A DNA stretch of 63,618 nt, counting the filler, from Octopus bimaculoides (taxonomy: Eukaryota): assembly GCF_001194135.2 (NCBI RefSeq). It is 8 parts of 8 records of this genome, joined end to end, with 100 filler letters (N's around TTAATTAATTAA, not from the genome) between each part and the next. Parts side by side here need not be neighbours in the genome. Positions count along the whole stretch, not along the records: positions 37,617 to 52,413 come from NC_069004.1; 7 more parts are not named here. The stretch is one strand, 5' to 3'. The notes beneath the pieces are model-generated. The model did no database searches. It was not told the origin of the DNA and saw only the letters and a program-made list of their open reading frames with translations. The translations under genes were made by a program, and so were the position numbers. Each line of letters starts with the position of its first letter. Position 1 is the first letter of the stretch. This document shows positions 40,568-50,735 of this stretch, piece by piece.

Positions 40568-41391
40568 NNNNNNNNNNNNNNNNNNNNNNNNNNNNNNNNN
40601 NNNNNNNNNNNNNNNNNNNNNNNNNNNNNNNNNNNNNNNNNNNNNNNNNNNNNNNNNNNNNNNNNNNNNNNNNNNNNNNNNNNNNNNNNNNNNNNNNNNN
40701 NNNNNNNNNNNNNNNNNNNNNNNNNNNNNNNNNNNNNNNNNNNNNNNNNNNNNNNNNNNNNNNNNNNNNNNNNNNNNNNNNNNNNNNNNNNNNNNNNNNN
40801 NNNNNNNNNNNNNNNNNNNNNNNNNNNNNNNNNNNNNNNNNNNNNNNNNNNNNNNNNNNNNNNNNNNNNNNNNNNNNNNNNNNNNNNNNNNNNNNNNNNN
40901 NNNNNNNNNNNNNNNNNNNNNNNNNNNNNNNNNNNNNNNNNNNNNNNNNNNNNNNNNNNNNNNNNNNNNNNNNNNNNNNNNNNNNNNNNNNNNNNNNNNN
41001 NNNNNNNNNNNNNNNNNNNNNNNNNNNNNNNNNNNNNNNNNNNNNNNNNNNNNNNNNNNNNNNNNNNNNNNNNNNNNNNNNNNNNNNNNNNNNNNNNNNN
41101 NNNNNNNNNNNNNNNNNNNNNNNNNNNNNNNNNNNNNNNNNNNNNNNNNNNNNNNNNNNNNNNNNNNNNNNNNNNNNNNNNNNNNNNNNNNNNNNNNNNN
41201 NNNNNNNNNNNNNNNNNNNNNNNNNNNNNNNNNNNNNNNNNNNNNNNNNNNNNNNNNNNNNNNNNNNNNNNNNNNNNNNNNNNNNNNNNNNNNNNNNNNN
41301 NNNNNNNNNNNNNNNNNNNNNNNNNNNNNNNNNNNNNNNNNNNNNNNNNNNNNNNNNNNNNNNNNNNNNNNNNNNNNNNNNNNNNNNNNNN

Positions 41392-41550
41392 CGCTGAAAA
41401 TTTCAGACCTAGAATTTATTAGAGAGTTAGGGATCTCAAATTTGAAGATAATCTGCATTCTTTCAGCTAAACAAGACCTCCAGTTATTCGGTCCATTAAC
41501 ATACGGTATGGATTTCTCAATTATTTTCCACTTAGTCACATTTGCTGCCA
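41392..41550 (-). mobile_element. Penelope-like element, C-terminal (GIY-YIG-associated) fragment
   Basis: TKWKIIEKSIPYVNGPNNWRSCLAERMQII...LINSRSEIFS (~IKWKI...PY-x-NG-x-x-x-C-x-LCL-x-EK...LN-x-RSE). Same family as 57724-57978. Confidence 0.7.
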
Positions 41551-42187
41551 CACCTTAGCCTATATCAGTACACACACACACACACACAGGACGGGCTTCT
41601 TTCAATTTCCGTTTACCAAATCTGCTCACAAGGCTTTGGTCGGTCCAAGGCTATAGAAGACCCTCGCCTAAGGCGCCATGCAGTGTGACTGAACTCGGAG
41701 CCATGTCGTTGGGAAGCAAACTTCTTACCACACTGCCACGCCTGCGCCTATATCAGTACACACACACACAGAGGCACACACACACACACCTGTCTGTTTT
41801 TCTATTATACCATCTATTTTTGTAACTATATATCTATTTGCTTATCTACTACTGCATGTTTTTTTTAATTTTTGTTATTAACCTATTAATCTGTACATCT
41901 GTCTATCTCTATGTCTACACATGTCTACCTGCTTATCTATTTGTCTGTTTATCTCTCTATTGTCTTTGTTTCTGAACCAGTTTGTATTTTCCTCGACTGT
42001 ACACAACGACATGCAGCATATTCATAAAATACGCTCCGTCACGTAACTGTTTTGTGTTTCGTATGGAATAATCTCTAAAGCTCTGAAATCCCTTTGGTTG
42101 ATATTAAATATTATTGTTGAGCACTTTGCATAGTTTTATCTCATTTTCGGTAAATTAACATATGTTCTGTGGAATAAGTGTGTGAGT

Positions 42188-42219
<32 letters not shown>

Positions 42220-43330
42220 AGAAGAGAGAGAGAGTGAACATGTGTGTGACTGAATATGTGTGTGTACTTGTGTGAGTGATTGAAAGAGTGTATATATGTG
42301 CGTGTGTACGTGTGTATGTATGTGTATGAGTATATGTATACGTGTATGTATGTGTGTATGTGTTTATGTGTGCGTATGTGTACATATGTGTATGTATGTG
42401 TGTTATTTCTTTACTACCTACAAGGGGCTACACACAGAGGGGACAAACAAGGACAGACAAACGGATTAAGTCGATTGTATCAACCACCAGTGCGTAACTG
42501 GTACTTATTTAATCGACCCCGAAAGGATGAAAGGCGAAGTCGACCTCGGCGGAATTTGAACTCAGAACGTAACGGCAGACGAAATACCGCTAAGCATTTC
42601 GCTCGGCGTGCTAACGTTTCATATTTCTTCATTGCCCACAAGGGGCTAAACATAGAGGGGACAATNNNNNNNNNNNNNNNNNNNNNNNNNNNNNNNNNNN
42701 NNNNNNNNNNNNNNNNNNNNNNNNNNNNNNNNNNNNNNNNNNNNNNNNNNNNNNNNNNNNNNNNNNNNNNNNNNNNNNNNNNNNNNNNNNNNNNNNNNNN
42801 NNNNNNNNNNNNNNNNNNNNNNNNNNNNNNNNNNNNNNNNNNNNNNNNNNNNNNNNNNNNNNNNNNNNNNNNNNNNNNNNNNNNNNNNNNNNNNNNNNNN
42901 NNNNNNNNNNNNNNNNNNNNNNNNNNNNNNNNNNNNNNNNNNNNNNNNNNNNNNNNNNNNNNNNNNNNNNNNNNNNNNNNNNNNNNNNNNNNNNNNNNNN
43001 NNNNNNNNNNNNNNNNNNNNNNNNNNNNNNNNNNNNNNNNNNNNNNNNNNNNNNNNNNNNNNNNNNNNNNNNNNNNNNNNNNNNNNNNNNNNNNNNNNNN
43101 NNNNNNNNNNNNNNNNNNNNNNNNNNNNNNNNNNNNNNNNNNNNNNNNNNNNNNNNNNNNNNNNNNNNNNNNNNNNNNNNNNNNNNNNNNNNNNNNNNNN
43201 NNNNNNNNNNNNNNNNNNNNNNNNNNNNNNNNNNNNNNNNNNNNNNNNNNNNNNNNNNNNNNNNNNNNNNNNNNNNNNNNNNNNNNNNNNNNNNNNNNAA
43301 TAATATATTTATATTTTTAATTAAACACGC

Positions 43331-43361
<31 letters not shown>

Positions 43362-43474
43362 TGTATGTATGTATGTATGTGTACATGTATGTATGCATTT
43401 ATGTATGTATGTATGTATGTATGTATGTATGTATGTATGTGTACATGTATATATGCATTTATGTATGTATGTAT

Positions 43475-43772
43475 GTATCCTTAAATCGCAGCCTTGGTTT
43501 CTGCCGGAGTCTCCTTCTATGCACAAGTTCTCCATATAGTATCTGCTTAGGAATCCTGCTATCCTTCATTCTAATAAGGCCTGTGATATGCAGGACACTG
43601 ACTGGGAGAACAATCCCTATCATCGCCACGGATGGAGGAAGCAGGTTAAAGAGGGGATCGACACTTTCGAGAGAGCACGTATCCAGCATGAAGAACTTAA
43701 GCGAGCTGCGCGAAAGCGCACGGCTCGTATAGTGAATGGGGAACGTTTGGTCTGCCATGTTAGAGGTCGTGT
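43475..43772 (+). mobile_element. RTE/BovB-like LINE 3' fragment with a 5' inversion
   Basis: 43475-43581 encodes GLIRMKDSRIPKQILYGEL...KPRLRFKDT on the minus strand. 43582-43772 encodes the next RTE segment, CDMQDTDWEN...WRKQVKEGIDTFE...KRAARK...VC, on the plus strand. Confidence 0.8.
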
Positions 43773-43773
43773 A

Positions 43774-44370
43774 TATCACCCATATCATAAGCAGTTGTCC
43801 AAAGTAATTATCGCAGTATTATCTACCGATGAGACATGATGTTGTAACTAGGACACTGTATAATGAGATCTGTTAGGTGGATAACCTTGAAGTCCAAGAA
43901 ACAGCCTACATATGGCAGAAAGAGTACCGGTGGAATGTCCCAGCGAAAACCTCAATAAAATGGAAATATAATAGGCCAGACATAGCGATTTGGGACAGGG
44001 ATGAGAAATTGTGTACAATAGTGGAAATTAGCTGCCCAGCTAATTTAACATAAAACTTAAAGATAGCGAAAAAGAAAAAACCTATGCCAAACTATTGAGA
44101 AATTTACAGTTACTCTACGCGGATTCAGGTTTATACCTGTAATTATTGGGGCACTGACATATTTAGCAAACTGTTTAAGCACCAGTCTTGAGAAATTAGG
44201 CTTCTCAAAACCAGAAAGAGAAGATTGATTTGAAGACTACAGATCCAAGCCATCACTGGAAGTGTAAAAATTTGTAAAACTTTCCGGAAACCTACCATTT
44301 AAGAATATATGTGCATGTCTAGACATGTAATTATATGCATGAGAATACATACATAAAACAAAACATACAA
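43774..44370 (+). mobile_element. 3' end of a restriction-like-endonuclease LINE (R4/Dong/NeSL type), degenerate
   Basis: ITHIISSCPK...YYLPMRHDVV...NRPDIAIWDRDEKLCTIVEISCP...KEKTYAKL...FIPVIIGALT...LEKLG: the end of a CCHC knuckle plus the RHD, PD and D/E-x-K RLE motifs. Confidence 0.8.
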
Positions 44371-44435
44371 ATCTCCACGTGCACTAGCTCGAACTACAGC
44401 ATGCGCGCGCTCGCAAAACTACACTGTGAATGTTA
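44370..44435 (+). promoter_or_regulatory. Candidate promoter elements upstream of the PDE ORF
   Basis: CpG-rich patch with CACGTG (E-box), GCATGCGCGCGC (NRF1-like) and two AACTACA motifs, about 0.6 kb upstream of the ATG. Motif match only. Confidence 0.25.
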
Positions 44436-45044
44436 GTGAAATTTCAATAAAAGAGCGTTGGATTTGGTAATTGTTTTACATTTAAATAAATATTTGGTGA
44501 TATGTTGAACTGGTTGAAGCGATATAGCACCAAACTAGATTCATTAAACATGGGTTTTAAACTTAAGGAAAGGAAAATACATCAAGATACCGGCGGTGAA
44601 GTTCCAGAAACTGTTGAGAATTGAATCAAATCCCAGCAATAATGTAGTGACGTTTTTCGTAGAGTTCGATTCGAGTCAGCATCAACTGTATCTTCGATCT
44701 GGTCATTATCAACAACACAGAACAGAATATGATTCAGTGTGAGGAACGTTTTGCCTTAGACCAATAAAACTAAAGGCAAAATATGCAGGTGTGTCATGCG
44801 CAACTCGATCGTTTGACGATTTTGAATATTTTGTCATAATTTTACTTACGTCACAACAGATTATACAGCGTGATTTCGAAGAGAAGCCACGAAAGCATGT
44901 CTGCCGACTGCTTCTAATTTCAAGTAGCGAAGACTGCTGGATTAAGAAAGAAAAAGAAAAAGAAATACGAAATTTTCATGAAACGTTTCCTAGAATACAG
45001 TAGGCTTCACTGAACATTGTTTGAAAATTAAACTTTAAAGAAAC

Positions 45045-47966
45045 ATGGGAACAGAACTTACTGAGGAAGAAGTGGATGGGTTCTTGATGGAGAATCCAAG
45101 ATTCGTTAGATCATGGCTCGCTGAACATGATCTAGGTAAATTGGGTGAACATTTATTCTTTAAACATGAGATACGAGAAGAAAAAGCACATGCTTTCATA
45201 GATTTCATAGGAAACGCCTTGTCTCGAAGGAAACCGACTCAAAAAGAGGAGAACGAAACTCTTACGGAAAATGAATTGTATAAAGAAGTTGGGAAAATTC
45301 TTAACAGCGAGCTTCATACAGATTCTCTATGCCATAGAGTTCTTCAGAAATTATGTACCTTACTTCGATGTGAAAAAGCAAGTCTTTTTTTGGCTCGAGG
45401 AGCGGGAAAAACTCAATATCTAATCTCGACCCTGTTTGATGTTACATCTGAATCTACTCTTGAAGAATCACTTCATACTGAAGAAAACGCCATACGCGTT
45501 CCCTTCGGAAAAGGTATTTCAGGATATGTAGCTCAGAGTAAGTGTTTACTAAATATTAAGGATGCATATCAGGATCCTCGTTTCTTATCTGATGTCGACG
45601 AAAAAACTGGATTTCGCACCAAAAGCATTCTATGTATGCCAATTCTAGACAGTGGTGATAATTTGTTAGCTGTCGCTCAAGTAATGAACAAAATAAATGA
45701 GGAATATTTTAATTCAGAAGACGAAAATATCTTCGAGAGGTTTTTGTCATTTTGTTCCATCAGTATGAACAACAGTGCTTTCTTTGAAAATTCTCTTGAA
45801 GAGCATGAGCGTCACAAGTTATTACTAAAACTAAATCGATGTATACTAAAATATCAAAATTCTCTAAAGAAACTAATGTCCGAAATTACCAAACTTGCCA
45901 TGGAAATGTTACAGTGTGAGAGTATCAGCATTTATTTGAGTGATCCGAAAAAGGATAACCTTTGCCCAACTGAATCTTCGAAAGTCTTTCAATTATTGAA
46001 AAGCGCTTCAGATATCTCAGAAGAAATTATAACACCGAACGTAAGAAAAGCAATTGAACGAAATATGAATAGTCAAAATATTTTAGATGTGTTTAATTCG
46101 GAGGAATTTACAGAGCATGATAGCATACATCTCGAAAGTAAGGTTGCAAGTTGGTTGCTTTGTTTAGCAATTAAAGATGCGAGCAATAATTTTGTCGGTT
46201 GGATCGTGTACATCAGAGATTCCAGAGATATTTTTAGTCGAAATGATATCAACATGATGGAAATATTTGCAATGTTCTGCGGTTTAGCTATCTATAATTG
46301 CCGTCTTTATGAAACTGCGGCAAAAACGCTAAGTCAGTTAGAATTTACAAACAGTGTGCTTAGCTATCATGCTACTTGTTATCCAGAAATTGTAGATCGT
46401 TTTTTAAATATGGAAATAGAATCTGTAAATAATTCTCAAATTTATCGATTCGACTTCAATGACTTCTTATATTCAGAGGATGACACTGTTTTGGTGGCTG
46501 TTAGCATATTTTTAGAGGCCAAAACATTATCCGTTCTCAACATATCTAAAGAATTATTATATAAGTGGATACTAACTGTTAAAAAGAACTATCGACCTGT
46601 CATCTATCATAATTGGCGTCATGCTATCAATGTCACTCAAATGATGTTTTGTATGTTGACTACTGGCAAATTGCAAATATATTTCACAGAATTTGATCGG
46701 ATTTGCCTATTGGTAGCTTCTTTGTGTCATGATCTTGATCATAGAGGATATAATAATTCATTTCAAGTGAAGACGAGATCTCCTCTTGCTCTTCTTTACA
46801 GTACGTCTGTGATGGAATACCATCATATAAGTCGATGCCTCATGATCTTAAAATATGAAGGCACAAATATTTTTCGAAACATCTCAGTTGAAAAATATCA
46901 GCAGGGGCTTATGTTTATAGAGAAAGCAATCCTTGCTACGGACCTCCTAATGTATTTTGAGAAAAGATACCTTTTCAAACAGAAAATAGAAATCGACGAC
47001 CAAACGTTGTCATCTCAAGAAAGTATTGATTTACTAATGTGCATGATGATGACTGCAGCTGATCTTTCAGCTATTACTAAGCCATGGGATATTCAAAGAA
47101 AGACTGCTATTATACTTGCAGCTGAATTCTTCGAACAAGGCGATCTGGAGAGCCATTTTACATATAATGTCATGCCTATGATGGATCGCAAAAAAAGACA
47201 CCAATTACCTAAAACGCAAGTTGGTTTTATTGATTTCGTGTGTTCAATGGTTTATAGACTTCTTTCTCAAGTGAGTAAGGAATTGCAACCTCTTTACGAT
47301 GGGATGCTCGGAAACAGAACTCATTGGTCTGATATTGTAGAAGGCAAAGAAGAATTTGATATTGATAGAGAGATCGAATTAGTTATAAATAACATTTCGC
47401 TGGAAAGTGCTATAGCAATCGCAAACAAACAATCACAACAAACGCTACGGTCACTTGACGTCGTGGAAGAAGGAGGAGAAGAGGAACAAAAACAAGAGGA
47501 AGAGGAAGAAGAACGAAAGCAAGAAGAAGAACAACAACAACAGCAAGGAGAAGAAGAAACGACTATTTTAACTGAAAAACGTGCCACATTTGGTCAAAAG
47601 GATATTCAGACTGATATTACAATTCCAACGTATATTGATCAACAGCACATTCTCTCGTCTTTTACGACAAAAACCGTTGAAACAAAAACCACAGCGAGTC
47701 AAACGGAAAATCTACTTCAAGACGTGTGTTCGGCGATGGTACAGACAGACGATTCATCTTTGAAGGAAGCAAAACATGTCACAGTTTTATTGCCTCACGA
47801 AAATCTGGTGCTTACATTGGGAGCATCCGGTAGCAAATTCATTACACTGCAAAAAGGAACTTTACCGCGAATATCCCATTGTGGTTATCATTATCATCAT
47901 TATTCAGAAAGAGGTTTACCAACAACACCCACCTCCGGTGGAAATGACCAAAATAGACAGTACTAG
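45045..47966 (+). CDS. PDE5A-like: Single-exon dual-GAF cyclic nucleotide phosphodiesterase (PDE5/PDE6/PDE11 group, closest to PDE5), 973 aa
   Basis: Uninterrupted ORF with Kozak context AAACATGG and an in-frame TAA at 45036-45038. GAF-A (about aa 91-243) has VPFGKGISGYVA, DPRF, TKSILCMPI and NKINEEYFNSEDE. The catalytic domain has YHNWRHA (46605), HDLDHRG, EYHH, AILATDL, DLSAITKPW, EFFEQGD and QVGFID. DLSAITKPW-x-IQ and QVGFID are PDE5-like. Confidence 0.95.
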   Translation: MGTELTEEEVDGFLMENPRFVRSWLAEHDLGKLGEHLFFKHEIREEKAHAFIDFIGNALSRRKPTQKEENETLTENELYKEVGKILNSELHTDSLCHRVLQKLCTLLRCEKASLFLARGAGKTQYLISTLFDVTSESTLEESLHTEENAIRVPFGKGISGYVAQSKCLLNIKDAYQDPRFLSDVDEKTGFRTKSILCMPILDSGDNLLAVAQVMNKINEEYFNSEDENIFERFLSFCSISMNNSAFFENSLEEHERHKLLLKLNRCILKYQNSLKKLMSEITKLAMEMLQCESISIYLSDPKKDNLCPTESSKVFQLLKSASDISEEIITPNVRKAIERNMNSQNILDVFNSEEFTEHDSIHLESKVASWLLCLAIKDASNNFVGWIVYIRDSRDIFSRNDINMMEIFAMFCGLAIYNCRLYETAAKTLSQLEFTNSVLSYHATCYPEIVDRFLNMEIESVNNSQIYRFDFNDFLYSEDDTVLVAVSIFLEAKTLSVLNISKELLYKWILTVKKNYRPVIYHNWRHAINVTQMMFCMLTTGKLQIYFTEFDRICLLVASLCHDLDHRGYNNSFQVKTRSPLALLYSTSVMEYHHISRCLMILKYEGTNIFRNISVEKYQQGLMFIEKAILATDLLMYFEKRYLFKQKIEIDDQTLSSQESIDLLMCMMMTAADLSAITKPWDIQRKTAIILAAEFFEQGDLESHFTYNVMPMMDRKKRHQLPKTQVGFIDFVCSMVYRLLSQVSKELQPLYDGMLGNRTHWSDIVEGKEEFDIDREIELVINNISLESAIAIANKQSQQTLRSLDVVEEGGEEEQKQEEEEEERKQEEEQQQQQGEEETTILTEKRATFGQKDIQTDITIPTYIDQQHILSSFTTKTVETKTTASQTENLLQDVCSAMVQTDDSSLKEAKHVTVLLPHENLVLTLGASGSKFITLQKGTLPRISHCGYHYHHYSERGLPTTPTSGGNDQNRQY

Positions 47967-47972
47967 AAAGAT

Positions 47973-47978
47973 AATAAA
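47973..47978 (+). terminator. Candidate polyadenylation signal of the PDE gene
   Basis: AATAAA begins 7 nt after the TAG stop, followed by T/GT-rich sequence. Confidence 0.5.
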
Positions 47979-48003
47979 GTATATATAAACGTTTATTGGT
48001 CCA

Positions 48004-48080
<77 letters not shown>

Positions 48081-48899
48081 NNNNNNNNNNNNNNNNNNNN
48101 NNNNNNNNNNNNNNNNNNNNNNNNNNNNNNNNNNNNNNNNNNNNNNNNNNNNNNNNNNNNNNNNNNNNNNNNNNNNNNNNNNNNNNNNNNNNNNNNNNNN
48201 NNNNNNNNNNNNNNNNNNNNNNNNNNNNNNNNNNNNNNNNNNNNNNNNNNNNNNNNNNNNNNNNNNNNNNNNNNNNNNNNNNNNNNNNNNNNNNNNNNNN
48301 NNNNNNNNNNNNNNNNNNNNNNNNNNNNNNNNNNNNNNNNNNNNNNNNNNNNNNNNNNNNNNNNNNNNNNNNNNNNNNNNNNNNNNNNNNNNNNNNNNNN
48401 NNNNNNNNNNNNNNNNNNNNNNNNNNNNNNNNNNNNNNNNNNNNNNNNNNNNNNNNNNNNNNNNNNNNNNNNNNNNNNNNNNNNNNNNNNNNNNNNNNNN
48501 NNNNNNATATATATATATATATATATATATATAAACATATACATGATGTTAAAATTTACAGTGAACATGGGTATACATATACATACATTAATTACGATGT
48601 GATATAATGTATATTCGCGCGCGCGCGCATACAGATATATGAAAGGTATAACACAAAAGAGAAATAACAAAACTAAATAGATGACGTAGTCCACTTGCCT
48701 TACACGCATTATTCATACTGATACACATACATATACACACACACATTAACACGCTGAATTGTTATGTAATGATCGTGTGGGGTGCATCCATTGATAAAGC
48801 CCGTGAATTTCCATCCTTAAGTTATAATTATTATATAAATGTAAATGTAAATGTATATATATATTTCATTCTTTTATTATCTTTGTTTTCTTCCTGCAG

Positions 48900-49064
48900 A
48901 ATTACCTTCGTCACTGAAAGGCCTTGTGACCAATCCAATCTTCGTTCTCATAGTAATCGGAGATTGTATTCTAGTGTTTTGTTTCAATGGCTTGTGGTCG
49001 TTCTCGGCAAAATATTTCGAGCACCAATTCTTCCTTCCTGTCTGGAAAACCAACTATATTTTAG
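48900..49064 (+). CDS. SLCO: Internal exon of an SLCO/OATP organic anion transporter (165 nt, phase 1-1)
   Basis: Acceptor ttttcttcctgcag and donor G|gtaaat. Translation (E)LPSSLKGLVTNPIFVLIVIGDCILVFCFNGLWSFSAKYFEHQFFLPVWKTNYILG matches the OATP pattern LP-x-x-LK-x-L-x-x-NP...F-x-x-KY-x-E-x-QF...N-x-x-x-G. Confidence 0.85.
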
Positions 49065-49132
49065 GTAAATATTGCGACTTTATTCATCGATATTGGAATA
49101 CTCTTAACGCGTGTGTGTGTTTGCGTTGTATG

Positions 49133-49177
<45 letters not shown>

Positions 49178-49180
49178 CCG

Positions 49181-49239
<59 letters not shown>

Positions 49240-49499
49240 GTGTGTGTGAACCAAGTATTACTAATTAAAATGAAATTCACAGCCTTTCACAAAAACTACG
49301 AAGTGCTAATAAATGACTTATAAAAAATGCACATGGAATATCCAAACAAAGGATCGATAAAAAATGGGATCATATTTTAAATAGGGCCAATCCAAAAGAA
49401 CAAGATTTCAAATACCAGAAAAACTTGATAAAGTATAATATTACAACGATCTAGATCCAGTGATGTTACTGCATCCTCGTTACCTGTTGTTTGTAATGT

Positions 49500-50735
49500 T
49501 GATGCTGCTGGTGTACCCAGCCAGCTCCTTGTCACCCCCATCTCTGTCTCCTTCATCTTTTTGACTCTCCGGTGGAGAGCTTACACGCTCCTTCCTCTTC
49601 CTCCTATTTACGACGGTGAATGTTTCTTATTCTCTCTCCACCACTTCTACATTCTGTCTTTGTTCTTCACACTACTGCCTCTGCTCCTCTCTGTCCTCCT
49701 TCTGGGGGCACCTTGCTTTCATGTACCCTTTTTGGCCGCATAGGAAACAGGTTGGAGGTCTGCCTTCCACCACAACTCTTAGTCTCACATCTTCCGGTAA
49801 AATAATCTCCTCTGTGATCTAATGCTAGCCTCTAAGGCTCACTTGTATGGCCACCTCAAGGCCATAACTCCACCAGTTAACTTTTTTGGTTCTTTTGATC
49901 TTCAATATTTTGGTTTCGTCTTCTATTCTGTGCATAACTGCTGTTACCAGCCATACTTCCTTAATTTCGAGGGGTATTCTGCCAATTCTTACTCTAGCCA
50001 CACGTTTGCCACAGTAAGTCGGCAGGAGTACGCAATCCTGTGTCTTTATCGCCACAATGGAGTGGTTTATGGTGTCCTCTCCGTTCCCGAACCTAATCTC
50101 CACTGTTCCATACTTCCTTCCTCGCGTGTAGAAGGTGGTCAGCTTCTTTATATCTTCGAGGCATTCCTCTGTTGCCTCTATTGAGGCAATCTCTATCTTT
50201 TTATAAGACGTGGATAGCGTTCTGTGTACCACTGTCCTCTTTGCTACATAGTTGATTAGTTCCTCTGGTGGGGTTAGCTTCAAACTGGCTCCTTCACTTT
50301 CTATCACTTTACTGCATTCTTTACATTTTCTGGGCTCTGTCTTGACCTCTCGCACTCCCAGGGTGTTGGTATTCAAACCTTTTGTTAGTTGTAGCTGATG
50401 CAAAAACTGGCAGCTGGTTCCTGTTTCATCTCGCCTCTCTTCTGTACTTCACCCATAAATGGGGAAGAAAACAATTACAAAAACAGGCGAAAACAGCGGC
50501 AATAATTTTAAAAAATTCAACAAATTCAACAAATCCAGGTTCACCCACACGGGCAGACCTTCCACAATACACTATAACACCAACTACTTCCATGGAATCA
50601 CAAGGACTTCAACCAGAAAAAAACACCACACTGTGCACCAAAAGTGAATGAAAACGCAACTCTGAAGAACACCATGACGAAATTCACTACAAGAACTGTC
50701 AAAGAAGTGGAGCTTCTTCGATTACACAAACGTAG
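49500..50735 (-). mobile_element. LINE ORF1 (RRM-like region plus gag-type zinc knuckle), degenerate
   Basis: Minus-strand ORF 49825-50403 (...RVARVRIGRIPLEIKEVWL...) is followed after a frameshift by LRVVVEGRPPTCFLCGQKGYMKARCP (C-x2-C-x4-[H>Y]-x4-C) at about 49709-49750. Confidence 0.7.

Noticed and set aside
45031-45047. In-frame SLCO-PDE fusion by splicing 39557 to an AG just before the PDE ATG
   Set aside because: The AG at 45039-45040 gives the wrong frame for a phase-1 donor, and an in-frame TAA lies at 45036-45038.
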